34,535 nucleotides of DNA, taken from positions 1-34,535 of the IMG/VR virus record IMGVR_UViG_3300010214_000042. One strand, 5' to 3'. The DNA is from a virus (taxonomy: Duplodnaviria > Caudoviricetes). Positions within the stretch are counted from its first letter, which is position 1. Each line of letters opens with the position of its first letter. The notes under the pieces are model-generated. The model did no database searches and was not told the DNA's origin. It saw only the letters and a list, made by a program, of their open reading frames with translations. Both the position numbers and the translations under genes were made by a program. Positions 26,931-34,535 of this stretch are shown here, one piece after another.

Positions 26931-27025
26931 TCCATGCCCAGCATCTTCCGCACGCACCCACGCAAGCGCACGCAATACGTGTTGCGCGGGGTTGCGCACT
27001 GAGCCACCAACCGAGAAAACCAGAA

Positions 27026-27337
27026 ATGAATATGCGAATCACCCATGGGGCTGGAACGATTGAGAGAGCGTTGCGCCAAAGCCTGAGCCAGCCCGGCAGT
27101 GCCGTGGCAGAGGCTGCGGGCTGGGATGGGTCCAATGTCAGCCGCGTACTGAGCGGCCAGCAAGGGGTGCCCATTGCAAAGCTGGATGCTGTGGTTAGCG
27201 CGGCAGGCTATGTGATGGTGAGTCGCAAATATCTGGATGCGATTGGCACTCTGGGCGAGGTCGGTATGTATTGCCACTGCGCCCGCGCTGGTGGCGGCGA
27301 ATGCGGCCCAGACAACCGTGCAAGCTGCGCCAAGTAG
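27026..27337 (+). CDS. CII-like HTH regulator
   Basis: AVAEAAGWDGSNVSR HTH; position in the early operon. Confidence 0.7.
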   Translation: MNMRITHGAGTIERALRQSLSQPGSAVAEAAGWDGSNVSRVLSGQQGVPIAKLDAVVSAAGYVMVSRKYLDAIGTLGEVGMYCHCARAGGGECGPDNRASCAK

Positions 27338-27351
27338 AAAAGGTAGTGCCC

Positions 27352-27873
27352 ATGGCTGAAAACAACCCGTTTGACGATAAGGCCGCACTGCAGGCGCATA
27401 GCAGCTTTACAAAGGCAGCCCAAGGCAAGGCGGGCCGCAAGATCAGCATGGGCGTGGATGTCGAGGCCATTGAGGCCAATCACCGCGTGCTGCTGCAAGA
27501 GACGGTAGACAAGATCAAGGCAGAGCGCGCGAAGAACTCCCCCAAGGCCCGCAACCGTCTGGAGTGCCCACACTGCGATGCCCCTTGCACCATCCGATCC
27601 AGCCGCCGCATGAGCAAGCTCACCCGCGAGTACAGCTACCAGTGCAACAACGTCGAATGCGGCCACACGTTTGTGGCCAGCATGGAGATTAGGCACACCT
27701 TGTCCCCCAGCGGCACGCCAGACCCTTCGGTCGTTCTACCCATGCCCGACAAGATGCGCCGCGACGTGATCCGCGCCCAGATGGATGTGGCCCCATCGGT
27801 GCCCTATAGCCCTGTGAACAGCAAGCCGGTGACTGGCGACCTGTTCTTAGATCAGGCGCTACCGCTCAACTAG
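27352..27873 (+). CDS. ogr: Ogr/Delta-family zinc-finger late activator with an N-terminal extension
   Basis: CPHC...IRSSR.MS...RE.SYQCNNVECGHTF...LSPS. Confidence 0.92.
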   Translation: MAENNPFDDKAALQAHSSFTKAAQGKAGRKISMGVDVEAIEANHRVLLQETVDKIKAERAKNSPKARNRLECPHCDAPCTIRSSRRMSKLTREYSYQCNNVECGHTFVASMEIRHTLSPSGTPDPSVVLPMPDKMRRDVIRAQMDVAPSVPYSPVNSKPVTGDLFLDQALPLN

Positions 27874-27965
27874 AGCCCTTCCCCTACCCCGTTTCCACCC
27901 CGCTGACAGAGCCAGTTTTCTGGCCCTGCGGCCCTTCCTACGCCCAAAAACTGGAGGTAATTGCA

Positions 27966-28457
27966 ATGACTGAAGCCCAAACGACCTTGCCACGCAGGGG
28001 AACGATCATGGCTAACAAGAGCGTGCCAGCCTGCGCAGCAAACAGCGTTGCCGAGCACATGGCGAATCAGTTGCAGGTTGATGAGCTGGAAATTCTCTCG
28101 CGCTTCTTCTTCCTGGCCTGGGGCCACAGCCACAGCGGTGCCAAGGTGGCGGCAGGCCTGCTGCTGGGGCTCTACAACGGAACGCGCTTCCCCTTTGATC
28201 TGACTGACCTGCGTTTGCTTGATGGCAGGAATCTGGATGACGCGCTGGCACTGATGCGCTTCGACTCGCGGCCCGCGATGGAAGTGCACCAATGGCTGAA
28301 CAAGCTGTATGGCCGCCATGACTTCGGTGACCGCTTTGAGCACCTTGCGCATTTCTGGCGCATGAAGGGCAAGTGCAAGCGCGAATACCTCACGCCTCTT
28401 GCGCAGCTTCCCGAAATTGCAGAGCTGAATTTTCAACAGCAAGGCGGTGCCGAATGA
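27966..28457 (+). CDS. Hypothetical phage protein
   Basis: GGAGG RBS; globular-looking LLLGLYNG.RFPFDLTDLR.LD segment; coupled to the next ORF. Confidence 0.8.
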   Translation: MTEAQTTLPRRGTIMANKSVPACAANSVAEHMANQLQVDELEILSRFFFLAWGHSHSGAKVAAGLLLGLYNGTRFPFDLTDLRLLDGRNLDDALALMRFDSRPAMEVHQWLNKLYGRHDFGDRFEHLAHFWRMKGKCKREYLTPLAQLPEIAELNFQQQGGAE

Positions 28458-28603
28458 GCCGCTTTGCCATCACCCATGTGGACGCACTGCATGTGCGCCG
28501 CCGCCTCGTCGTCAACGGTGCCGCCAGTCGTAATGCGGCCATGGAGTTTGTCGAAGGACTCTACGGCAAAGACTTTTGGTACCTGTCCTGCGTGGGGGTC
28601 TGA
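28454..28603 (+). CDS. Hypothetical protein (49 aa)
   Basis: ATGA overlap with the previous ORF; AAGGCGG upstream. Confidence 0.6.
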   Translation: MSRFAITHVDALHVRRRLVVNGAASRNAAMEFVEGLYGKDFWYLSCVGV

Positions 28604-28608
28604 GCAGG

Positions 28609-29196
28609 ATGAATGCCCCGTTGCGCAATGCGCTTGTCATGCTGCCCCAGCCTGCTGCTGAGCAGCAGCCTCTGCTGCCCGGTGCGGTGGAGCTGCTGCG
28701 CATTACCAAAGAAGAATGGATTCAATGCCATCGGGGCCGGGTTGTCATGCTTCTGGAGCAGATGCTATGCATCGCAAAAGATGAGCAGATACCGCTGCAT
28801 GCAAGCAAGGAATTCGCTCGGGGCGTCAATGAAATTGATTGCATCTTGAAAAATGAGAAGGCTCGGGACGCTCAAGAGAAGAACGCGCCCAGGCCGCCAA
28901 CGCCACAAGAGCGCGCAGACATGGCAGTGGCGCGCAGGGAGATGTGCCGAGAATCTGGCCGTGGCTACATCGACGCGGAAAACCAAGAGTGGTTCCGCCT
29001 GCCCGAAGAGCTGCGCATGGTCGTCCTGCTGCTGGCAAGGTTGAGCGGGAATCTGCAAGAGCTGGCGGGCCGGGACTGGCGCGAAACACCGCCGCCAGAG
29101 CGTCAAGCAATTAAGGCTGCTGTTCGCGCCGTCAAGCGGCATTTTTGCGGCGTAAACGGCAGGGGTGGTCTTGTGTCCCTCGCCAGCCTTTGGTGA
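28609..29196 (+). CDS. Hypothetical protein upstream of A
   Basis: Fills the operon gap and ends 6 nt before the A start. Confidence 0.75.
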   Translation: MNAPLRNALVMLPQPAAEQQPLLPGAVELLRITKEEWIQCHRGRVVMLLEQMLCIAKDEQIPLHASKEFARGVNEIDCILKNEKARDAQEKNAPRPPTPQERADMAVARREMCRESGRGYIDAENQEWFRLPEELRMVVLLLARLSGNLQELAGRDWRETPPPERQAIKAAVRAVKRHFCGVNGRGGLVSLASLW

Positions 29197-29202
29197 TCTG
29201 CC

Positions 29203-31287
29203 ATGGCTGTATCCCTCATTCCCCGCAAGCGCGTCACGTCCAGCTTTTCGGCGTGGATCAAGCACATGCCAACGCAAGGGCATGTCAATTACCACCTTGC
29301 GCGAATCATCGAATCTGCGCCCAAGGAGTGGCAAAAGGCCATTCGTGCCCGCTTTATCCAGAAGGCCCCAATGCCGCCTGCTGGCGTGGCCATGGACTCG
29401 CAGGAATACGCGCGCTGGGAATTGGGACTGCCAAGCGAGAGTGAGCAGGCGTGGACAAAGCTGCAAGCCCTGGCTGACTATGAAGACCGCTACGGCGACG
29501 CGCTGCGCTTGAACATGAGCGATGACGAAATCTGCACATGGGCCAAGAAGCTGGCCGAAGATGTGGAGGAATTCGACAACCGCATCGTGGCGCATGCCCA
29601 GCAAACGCTGAGCTTTCCCAAGCTGCAGGCCGCATCAGCCAAGGTCATTTTGCAAGCCCGCGTCAATGGCGTGCGCCGCATTGTGGACATGCTGGGTGTG
29701 GAAGTCAGCAAGCCTATTGAAGGCTTGTCCGACATTGCCCGCGCAAAGTGCGCCCGCTGGTGGCGCCGCCGCCTGCGCCGTCACATCGCCCGCGTGGTGG
29801 AAGCCGGGGCCATCAGCATGGGTCTGGTGCATCTGAACAGTGGCGGTTACGTCAGCCACAGCGGCCTGCACCGCCGCAAGGGCCAGCTGGCCCGCAATGC
29901 AGAGGCATTGGCACGTACCTTCTATAAGAATGAGGCCAATCAGGTCTACAACCTTGCCGAGCTGTCGGCACTGAGCCCATCCAACCCCGCCATTCGTGGC
30001 GGCGAGCTGATGACGCGCATTCGCGGCGCCGAAGAGTATGCAGATGCCCATGGCCATGTGGGGCTGTTCCTGACTCTGACCGCACCCAGCAAATACCACG
30101 CCATGCGGCTGGTGGGCAATGGCACCAAGCGCTGGGCCGAGCGCAACCCGAAATTCAACGGCGCAGACCCACGCGAATGCCAGCAAATGATGCTGGCCCT
30201 GTGGAAGCGCGTGTTGGCCAAGCTAGACCGCCAGAACATCCGCCGCTATGGCCTGCGCGTAGTGGAGCCACACCACGATGGTACGCCCCACTGGCACATG
30301 CTGGTGTGGACAGAGGACGAAGAAGCCGCCAGTGCCCTGGTGGAGACCATCAGCGAATATTGGCTGAGCGAAGACGGCAATGAGCGCGGCGCCAAGGAAA
30401 ACCGCGTGGATGTGAAGCGCATGGAGGCTGGCGGCGCTGCTGGCTATGTGGCCAAGTACATCGCCAAAAACGTGGGGCACATCGCCCTGGCCGAGCACAT
30501 GGATGTGGTGCAGGGTCAAGAGATACAGATGCGCCTGGGCCTTGATAAGCCCGTGCAGCCGGAGCTGAAAGAGACCAACGGCATGGCCGCCCAGCGCCGC
30601 GTGGATGCTTGGGCCGCAACATGGAGCATTCGCCAGTTCCAGGCCTTTGGCATGCCCAGCGTGACGGTATGGCGCGAGCTACGCCGTGTGAGCAAAGACC
30701 AGCCGCAGCAGCTTGACCTGTTCTGCCCCGAAACGCAGCGCAATATCCAGCGCGCCTATCAGGCCTGCCATCGTGAAGGCGAGATGCGTGCAGATTGGCG
30801 CATGTTCATGCAGGCCATGGGCGGCCACAGCTGCAAGCGCAAGGACTGGCTTTTGTGCCCCGCCCGCCGCGCACCCAAGGCAGGGGCTACAAACATGTAT
30901 GGCGATGAAATCACAGCCGGGCCGGTGCGTGGTGTGGCGATTCAGCGCGGACGCGCTCGCGGTCATTGGCTTGTGAGCCGCCGCATTCAGTGGGCGCACT
31001 GCACCGAAAAGACCCAGGCAGCCCCCGCCACAGGCGTGGCTGCAGATACCGATGGCGTCATCGATGTCGCCTGCCAAGAGGCACAGACACGGCAGGCTTT
31101 GCCTGCCGCTTGGACTGGTTTCAATAACTTCACGGGCCGCCTACAGGGCGCCACCGCAAACCAGATTCACTGCAACGCAAAACACGAATCTGAGGCTCAA
31201 AAAAGCTACCTGCCACCAGATTCCGCCGCCTTCCGCCGCCAAGAGCTGGCCGATCGCTTCCAACAAGCAGCCCATTTCTTCCACTGA
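29203..31287 (+). CDS. A: Rolling-circle replication initiator, P2 gpA
   Basis: FLTLTAPSKYH, RVVEPHHDGTPHWH (HUH), GYVAKYIAKN (two Tyr), WAATWSIRQFQ, VTVWRELR. Confidence 0.97.
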   Translation: MAVSLIPRKRVTSSFSAWIKHMPTQGHVNYHLARIIESAPKEWQKAIRARFIQKAPMPPAGVAMDSQEYARWELGLPSESEQAWTKLQALADYEDRYGDALRLNMSDDEICTWAKKLAEDVEEFDNRIVAHAQQTLSFPKLQAASAKVILQARVNGVRRIVDMLGVEVSKPIEGLSDIARAKCARWWRRRLRRHIARVVEAGAISMGLVHLNSGGYVSHSGLHRRKGQLARNAEALARTFYKNEANQVYNLAELSALSPSNPAIRGGELMTRIRGAEEYADAHGHVGLFLTLTAPSKYHAMRLVGNGTKRWAERNPKFNGADPRECQQMMLALWKRVLAKLDRQNIRRYGLRVVEPHHDGTPHWHMLVWTEDEEAASALVETISEYWLSEDGNERGAKENRVDVKRMEAGGAAGYVAKYIAKNVGHIALAEHMDVVQGQEIQMRLGLDKPVQPELKETNGMAAQRRVDAWAATWSIRQFQAFGMPSVTVWRELRRVSKDQPQQLDLFCPETQRNIQRAYQACHREGEMRADWRMFMQAMGGHSCKRKDWLLCPARRAPKAGATNMYGDEITAGPVRGVAIQRGRARGHWLVSRRIQWAHCTEKTQAAPATGVAADTDGVIDVACQEAQTRQALPAAWTGFNNFTGRLQGATANQIHCNAKHESEAQKSYLPPDSAAFRRQELADRFQQAAHFFH
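31091..31130 (+). other. Replication origin within gene A
   Basis: GCCGCTTG-GACTGGTTTCAATAACT resembles the P2 ori as I recall it (GCGCCTCG-GAGTCCTGTCAATAACT); preceded by the hairpin GGCAGGC-TTT-GCCTGCC. Confidence 0.75.
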
Positions 31288-31308
31288 TCCATCAAAGGAG
31301 GTTCACTC

Positions 31309-31473
31309 ATGCCCGAAAACCACCAGAAACCAACCGCTTGCGCATGCTGCAAAAGCATTGCACTGGAACGCTTCTGCCATCTGCCGCCAGATCCTATTTT
31401 CAAGTGCCTCGACTGCGGCGCACTGCTGAATGAAGACGGGTCAGTCTGCGCAGATGAAGAGGTGCAGCCATGA
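31309..31473 (+). CDS. Small zinc-ribbon protein (54 aa)
   Basis: AAGGAGG RBS; MPENHQKPTACACCKS...FKCLDCGALL; stop overlaps the next ATG. Absent from the ORF track. Confidence 0.75.
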   Translation: MPENHQKPTACACCKSIALERFCHLPPDPIFKCLDCGALLNEDGSVCADEEVQP

Positions 31474-31685
31474 AGGCCAGCCGCACAGAGCCGACTGTGC
31501 ACTGCTGGCAACGCCGTATCAATGGCGACTACGTGACAGCCGCGCACACCACTCAAAACCACCTCGCTGCCGTCTTCGCCGCCGAGCGCGAACGCTTGGC
31601 TGCAGCCAAGCCAAAGCGCCGCCGCCGTCAGCCGGCAGCAGACGTAACCACCGACACCAGCGCACAGCTGCGACTGGTCGGCTGA
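31470..31685 (+). CDS. Hypothetical protein
   Basis: GAGG RBS, ATGA coupling. Confidence 0.65.
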   Translation: MKASRTEPTVHCWQRRINGDYVTAAHTTQNHLAAVFAAERERLAAAKPKRRRRQPAADVTTDTSAQLRLVG

Positions 31686-31706
31686 AACCATCCAGGGAGC
31701 ATCACC

Positions 31707-31910
31707 ATGAGCCACACCATCACCGCGCTGCACAGCTATCGCGCCATCCTGATTCCAAAAAACGCCAATGCTGCCGACATAGAGGATCTGGCAGACGCTG
31801 GCCAACTGCCCACCATTCGCGTCAAGGCACCCAGCTGCGAGCAAGCCAAAGTTGCGGCCCAGCACGTCAGCGGCAAAAAAGTGCTGCGCGCCGAGCGCGT
31901 GGAGGGCTAA
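31707..31910 (+). CDS. Hypothetical protein
   Basis: GGGAG RBS; tight operon packing. Confidence 0.7.
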   Translation: MSHTITALHSYRAILIPKNANAADIEDLADAGQLPTIRVKAPSCEQAKVAAQHVSGKKVLRAERVEG

Positions 31911-31913
31911 GCC

Positions 31914-32129
31914 ATGACCAAGAAAAAAGCCAACGGCAGCCTGCACCACCCCATTGAAAAAGCGAAATGGGAAGAAGCCCGCGCCGCTGAGCGCATCACC
32001 TACGCCCAGGCACCGCGTATTTCATGGCGTGGCGGCGAGCCATACAAGTGCCCAGAGCTGCAGCACCGCAGCATGCGCAACCAGCCGCAAAGCATCGTCA
32101 TGGGCCAGAGCATCAAACACCGTGCATAA
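31914..32129 (+). CDS. Hypothetical protein
   Basis: GGAGG RBS; starts 3 nt after the previous stop. Confidence 0.65.
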   Translation: MTKKKANGSLHHPIEKAKWEEARAAERITYAQAPRISWRGGEPYKCPELQHRSMRNQPQSIVMGQSIKHRA

Positions 32130-32142
32130 GTGGAGAAAAGCA

Positions 32143-32679
32143 ATGCAAGATCAATACCGAAAAGTACATGAAGCTATTAAAAATGGAGCAAAAGTACAGA
32201 TGGCAGTGGCGCTGCACACGGTCATCATCGGCTTGGGCGTCAGAAAGCTCGCAGTATCGGATGGGCTGGCCGATCTGACCGGCAATGAATTGCTGAGCAG
32301 CCGTGGCCGCGCCCTGGTCAACCGAGAGCAAGAGCTACACATAGCGCAGAAAGTGCTGTGTGAACTGTTGGTAAAAGAGTGCCAGGGACGTTGGTGCAAG
32401 ACTATGGATCGCCCTGCATCATCATGCGGATGCCCTGACTGCGGGAGCAGCCTGATCGACTTCCCTTCTATGGCCACCCCGGCAGCCGCGCCAGTGGTGC
32501 TGCCAGAGCCTGATGTTCAACTGTGCGCGGTAGAAGGCCGCCTAGAGCCAGTAGTCCGCAAGACAGTGGGCGCGAGTCCAGGTAGGCCGCTGGATCTGTT
32601 CACCGCTGACACAGTATGCGCCATGCTGGCTACTGCCGGAATTCGCGCGCAGGCTGATCAGGGGCAAACATGCAACTGA
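32143..32679 (+). CDS. Hypothetical protein with a Cys cluster
   Basis: GGAG RBS before ATG 32143; C..RWC...CGCPDC. Confidence 0.7.
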   Translation: MQDQYRKVHEAIKNGAKVQMAVALHTVIIGLGVRKLAVSDGLADLTGNELLSSRGRALVNREQELHIAQKVLCELLVKECQGRWCKTMDRPASSCGCPDCGSSLIDFPSMATPAAAPVVLPEPDVQLCAVEGRLEPVVRKTVGASPGRPLDLFTADTVCAMLATAGIRAQADQGQTCN

Positions 32680-32749
32680 CAAAGAACCAAGCCCAGTCCG
32701 TCAAGTTGAACAAGAAAGCACAGCAGAACCCACAAACAAAGGAATCGAC

Positions 32750-32965
32750 ATGAATACCACCACCATCCAACAAAACCCAATGGCCAGCGCAGTGCCCCGT
32801 CTGGATACTGCAGGCATCGCCGCCATGCTGGGCGTCACACGGGTGCATGTCACAGACCGCATCACAAAGCGCCCGGACTTTCCCAAGCCATTCATCAACG
32901 TAAGCCGCCGCCTGCGCTACTGGCGCGCCAGCGAGGTGCAGGCATGGATGACGAATAAGAGCTAG
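32750..32965 (+). CDS. Excisionase/AlpA-family regulator
   Basis: LDTAGIAAMLGV, RPDFPKP, YWRASEVQAW; AAGGA RBS; faces the integrase. Confidence 0.88.
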   Translation: MNTTTIQQNPMASAVPRLDTAGIAAMLGVTRVHVTDRITKRPDFPKPFINVSRRLRYWRASEVQAWMTNKS

Positions 32966-32982
32966 GTGTTTGGCTTCACGCT

Positions 32983-33011
32983 ATGCCACTCTGCAATGCC
33001 AAAGGTATAGT
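32983..33011 (+). promoter_or_regulatory. Putative sigma70 promoter of the moron
   Basis: ATGCCA (32983-32988)-17 nt-TATAGT (33006-33011). Confidence 0.55.
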
Positions 33012-33054
33012 CAGACTTCCAAAAATATTTCACCGTTCTTATAAGGACTCTTCT

Positions 33055-33489
33055 ATGCCAGCTGTGTACAACGGGAGCGTTTTTGATACACGACTTCAAG
33101 CCACATGGGCGGCGTTCTTTGATTTAGCGGGCTGGCAATGGCGTAGCGGCATTAGCGCGATTGAAGATTGGAAACCAGATTTTGAGGCTACATTTCCGTG
33201 CACTCATTCTGAGTGTGGTGGTCAGCACAAGATACTGGTGTCTGTACTTCCAATTGACTCCATTGAGGGCGTAAAAGGTCACCCGGCTCTGACTTACTCG
33301 TGGGGCCAAAGTCGCGAGGGGAAAATAATTGGGGCTGATGCAGGCGCCGTCTTTGGAAACTCTCCGAAAGTTACTGAGTGGACAATGGCGCATGGATCCG
33401 GCGGCGGGACAGAGGACGTGACCCAATGGGTTGATGACTGGCTCAGCAAATGGGCAAAAGCTACCGGCAAGGTACTTGATGAAAACTGA
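33055..33489 (+). CDS. Accessory protein with a degenerate PD-(D/E)xK-like nuclease fold
   Basis: TAAGGA RBS; YNG..F.TRL.A.WAAFFD..GW.W...WKPDF; lower GC. Confidence 0.75.
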   Translation: MPAVYNGSVFDTRLQATWAAFFDLAGWQWRSGISAIEDWKPDFEATFPCTHSECGGQHKILVSVLPIDSIEGVKGHPALTYSWGQSREGKIIGADAGAVFGNSPKVTEWTMAHGSGGGTEDVTQWVDDWLSKWAKATGKVLDEN

Positions 33490-33492
33490 TTT

Positions 33493-33515
33493 AAACCCGC
33501 TTCAAGCGGGTTTTT
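33493..33515 (+). terminator. Terminator between the moron and int (probably bidirectional)
   Basis: AAACCCGCT-TCA-AGCGGGTTT followed by TT. Confidence 0.85.
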
Positions 33516-33518
33516 CAT

Positions 33519-34535
33519 TTAGAGGCGTGCCGCAATGTCCTCAGGGCTCTCCCGGTAGTAGGTATTGAAAAGCTCATTAATGTTCACATGGCCACTGATG
33601 CGAGCCAGTGTCATGACGTCCACCCTCTTGCTGAGCAGCGTCAACGATGTGGCGCGCAGATCGTGGAAGCGCAACCCCTCCACCATGCAGCGGTCACGCA
33701 GTTTGCGATAGAGGGCATCACGGCTGGCATCGTTTATCGTGAAATATTTGTCCCGGCCTTCACGCTGGGCCTGGTCTTCCAGAATCTTGAGCAAGCGAAC
33801 CGCCCGCGTAGTCAAGGGCACTCGGCGTGCGCCCACGGTGGTTTCCGTCTTGTGATGTGCCAGCTCATAGACCTTACGCTTTAGGTCTGCCGTGCTACGC
33901 GACAACTTCAAAATCTCGCCGCTGCGCATTGCGGTGTGCAGAGCGATCATCATCGCCCAGCCTGTTTCCTGCATTGCCGTCTGTGGCGCCACGCGAAGCG
34001 ACACACCAGCAGATCGAAGGATGCGGCGCACCTCCATCCAGCGGCTCACGCGGCGGCGGGCATAGGATGCAGCCGGTAGGGTTATTTCCTTCCATGGACT
34101 GCTGCCTGCCCACTTCCACTGTTTGATAGCCAGAGTCCAGATGGGCCGGTATTGCTGCGCCTCACGCAACACACTCGCCCCGCTGACATGCTGCAGCCGA
34201 GCATCGCGCCATGCGGCCAAATCATTGCCGGTAATCTGGTGAAATACCTTAGAGGACAGCTCGGGATAGTCCCTCAGCCAAGCATCAAACCGCAGATTGT
34301 CGGCCCGTGCTGTGCTGCCGGTCTTCTTGTTTGTGACTTCGTTACGGTAGCGCTCAACCGCCTCGGCCAGCGTGCGCTGCGGGAATTCTCCCCGCGCGCC
34401 CGCAAGAATTGCAGCCTCTTCTGCCACGGCCCAAGCCTGGGCCTCTGCCTTTGTGGCCCGCGTGGCCGTCTTGCGCACGCCTGCCCGCTCAACTTCCGCG
34501 CGCCAGCCGTTCTTAACCTTCCTCAGATACGCCAT
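33519..34535 (-). CDS. int: Tyrosine integrase
   Basis: AMRSGEI (R), HKT (K), FHDLR (HxxR), ISGH, TYY catalytic residues; N-terminal arm-binding domain. Confidence 0.96.
   Translation of the reverse strand: MAYLRKVKNGWRAEVERAGVRKTATRATKAEAQAWAVAEEAAILAGARGEFPQRTLAEAVERYRNEVTNKKTGSTARADNLRFDAWLRDYPELSSKVFHQITGNDLAAWRDARLQHVSGASVLREAQQYRPIWTLAIKQWKWAGSSPWKEITLPAASYARRRVSRWMEVRRILRSAGVSLRVAPQTAMQETGWAMMIALHTAMRSGEILKLSRSTADLKRKVYELAHHKTETTVGARRVPLTTRAVRLLKILEDQAQREGRDKYFTINDASRDALYRKLRDRCMVEGLRFHDLRATSLTLLSKRVDVMTLARISGHVNINELFNTYYRESPEDIAARL

Larger units (their letters stand above)
345..34535. mobile_element. P2-like (Peduoviridae) prophage, phiCTX/RSA1-type gene order; right att beyond the window
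   Basis: Full ordered P2 head, tail, lysis and replication gene set, cos site, repressor, excisionase and integrase; no disrupted core gene seen. Confidence 0.97.

Noticed and set aside
33519-34535. Integrase as an Rci-like shufflon recombinase acting on the tail fibre
   Set aside because: No inverted cassettes or recombination-site repeats near H. The adjacent excisionase and tRNA-derived att explain it as the phage integrase.

Overview
The window is almost entirely one apparently intact P2-like (Peduoviridae, phiCTX/RSA1-type layout) temperate prophage. The host is GC-rich, probably a betaproteobacterium (inference). Positions 1-344 look like host DNA: a leader, a promoter and a tRNA terminator. 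A duplicated tRNA 3' end at 345-366 marks the att junction, followed by an IHF site, arm-like repeats and a P2-type cos site. Next come the head genes Q-P-O-N-M-L, X, a lysis cassette (holin, GH108 endolysin, embedded Rz/Rz1 spanins) and the tail genes R-S-V-W-J-I-H-G-FI-FII-E/E'-T-U-D. These are followed by an accessory BrnT/BrnA toxin-antitoxin pair, an exported protein, an S24-type CI repressor switch, early genes (CII-like, Ogr-like, replication initiator A with its ori), small ORFs, an excisionase, a degenerate nuclease-like moron and the integrase. The other att site lies beyond the right edge. I found no CRISPR array, reverse transcriptase/DGR, invertase or IS element. The most unusual observations are: (1) an independently expressed moron with a PD-(D/E)xK-like fold whose catalytic residues appear replaced; (2) repressor operator-like sites repeated inside the cI coding sequence; (3) a 5x96-bp Pro/Gln repeat at the tape-measure C-terminus and 6x252-bp repeats in the tail fibre; (4) a small membrane moron between E' and T; (5) an asymmetric late-promoter motif with exact spacing and several predicted leaderless mRNAs. 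All family calls come from motif recognition and gene order, not database searches.
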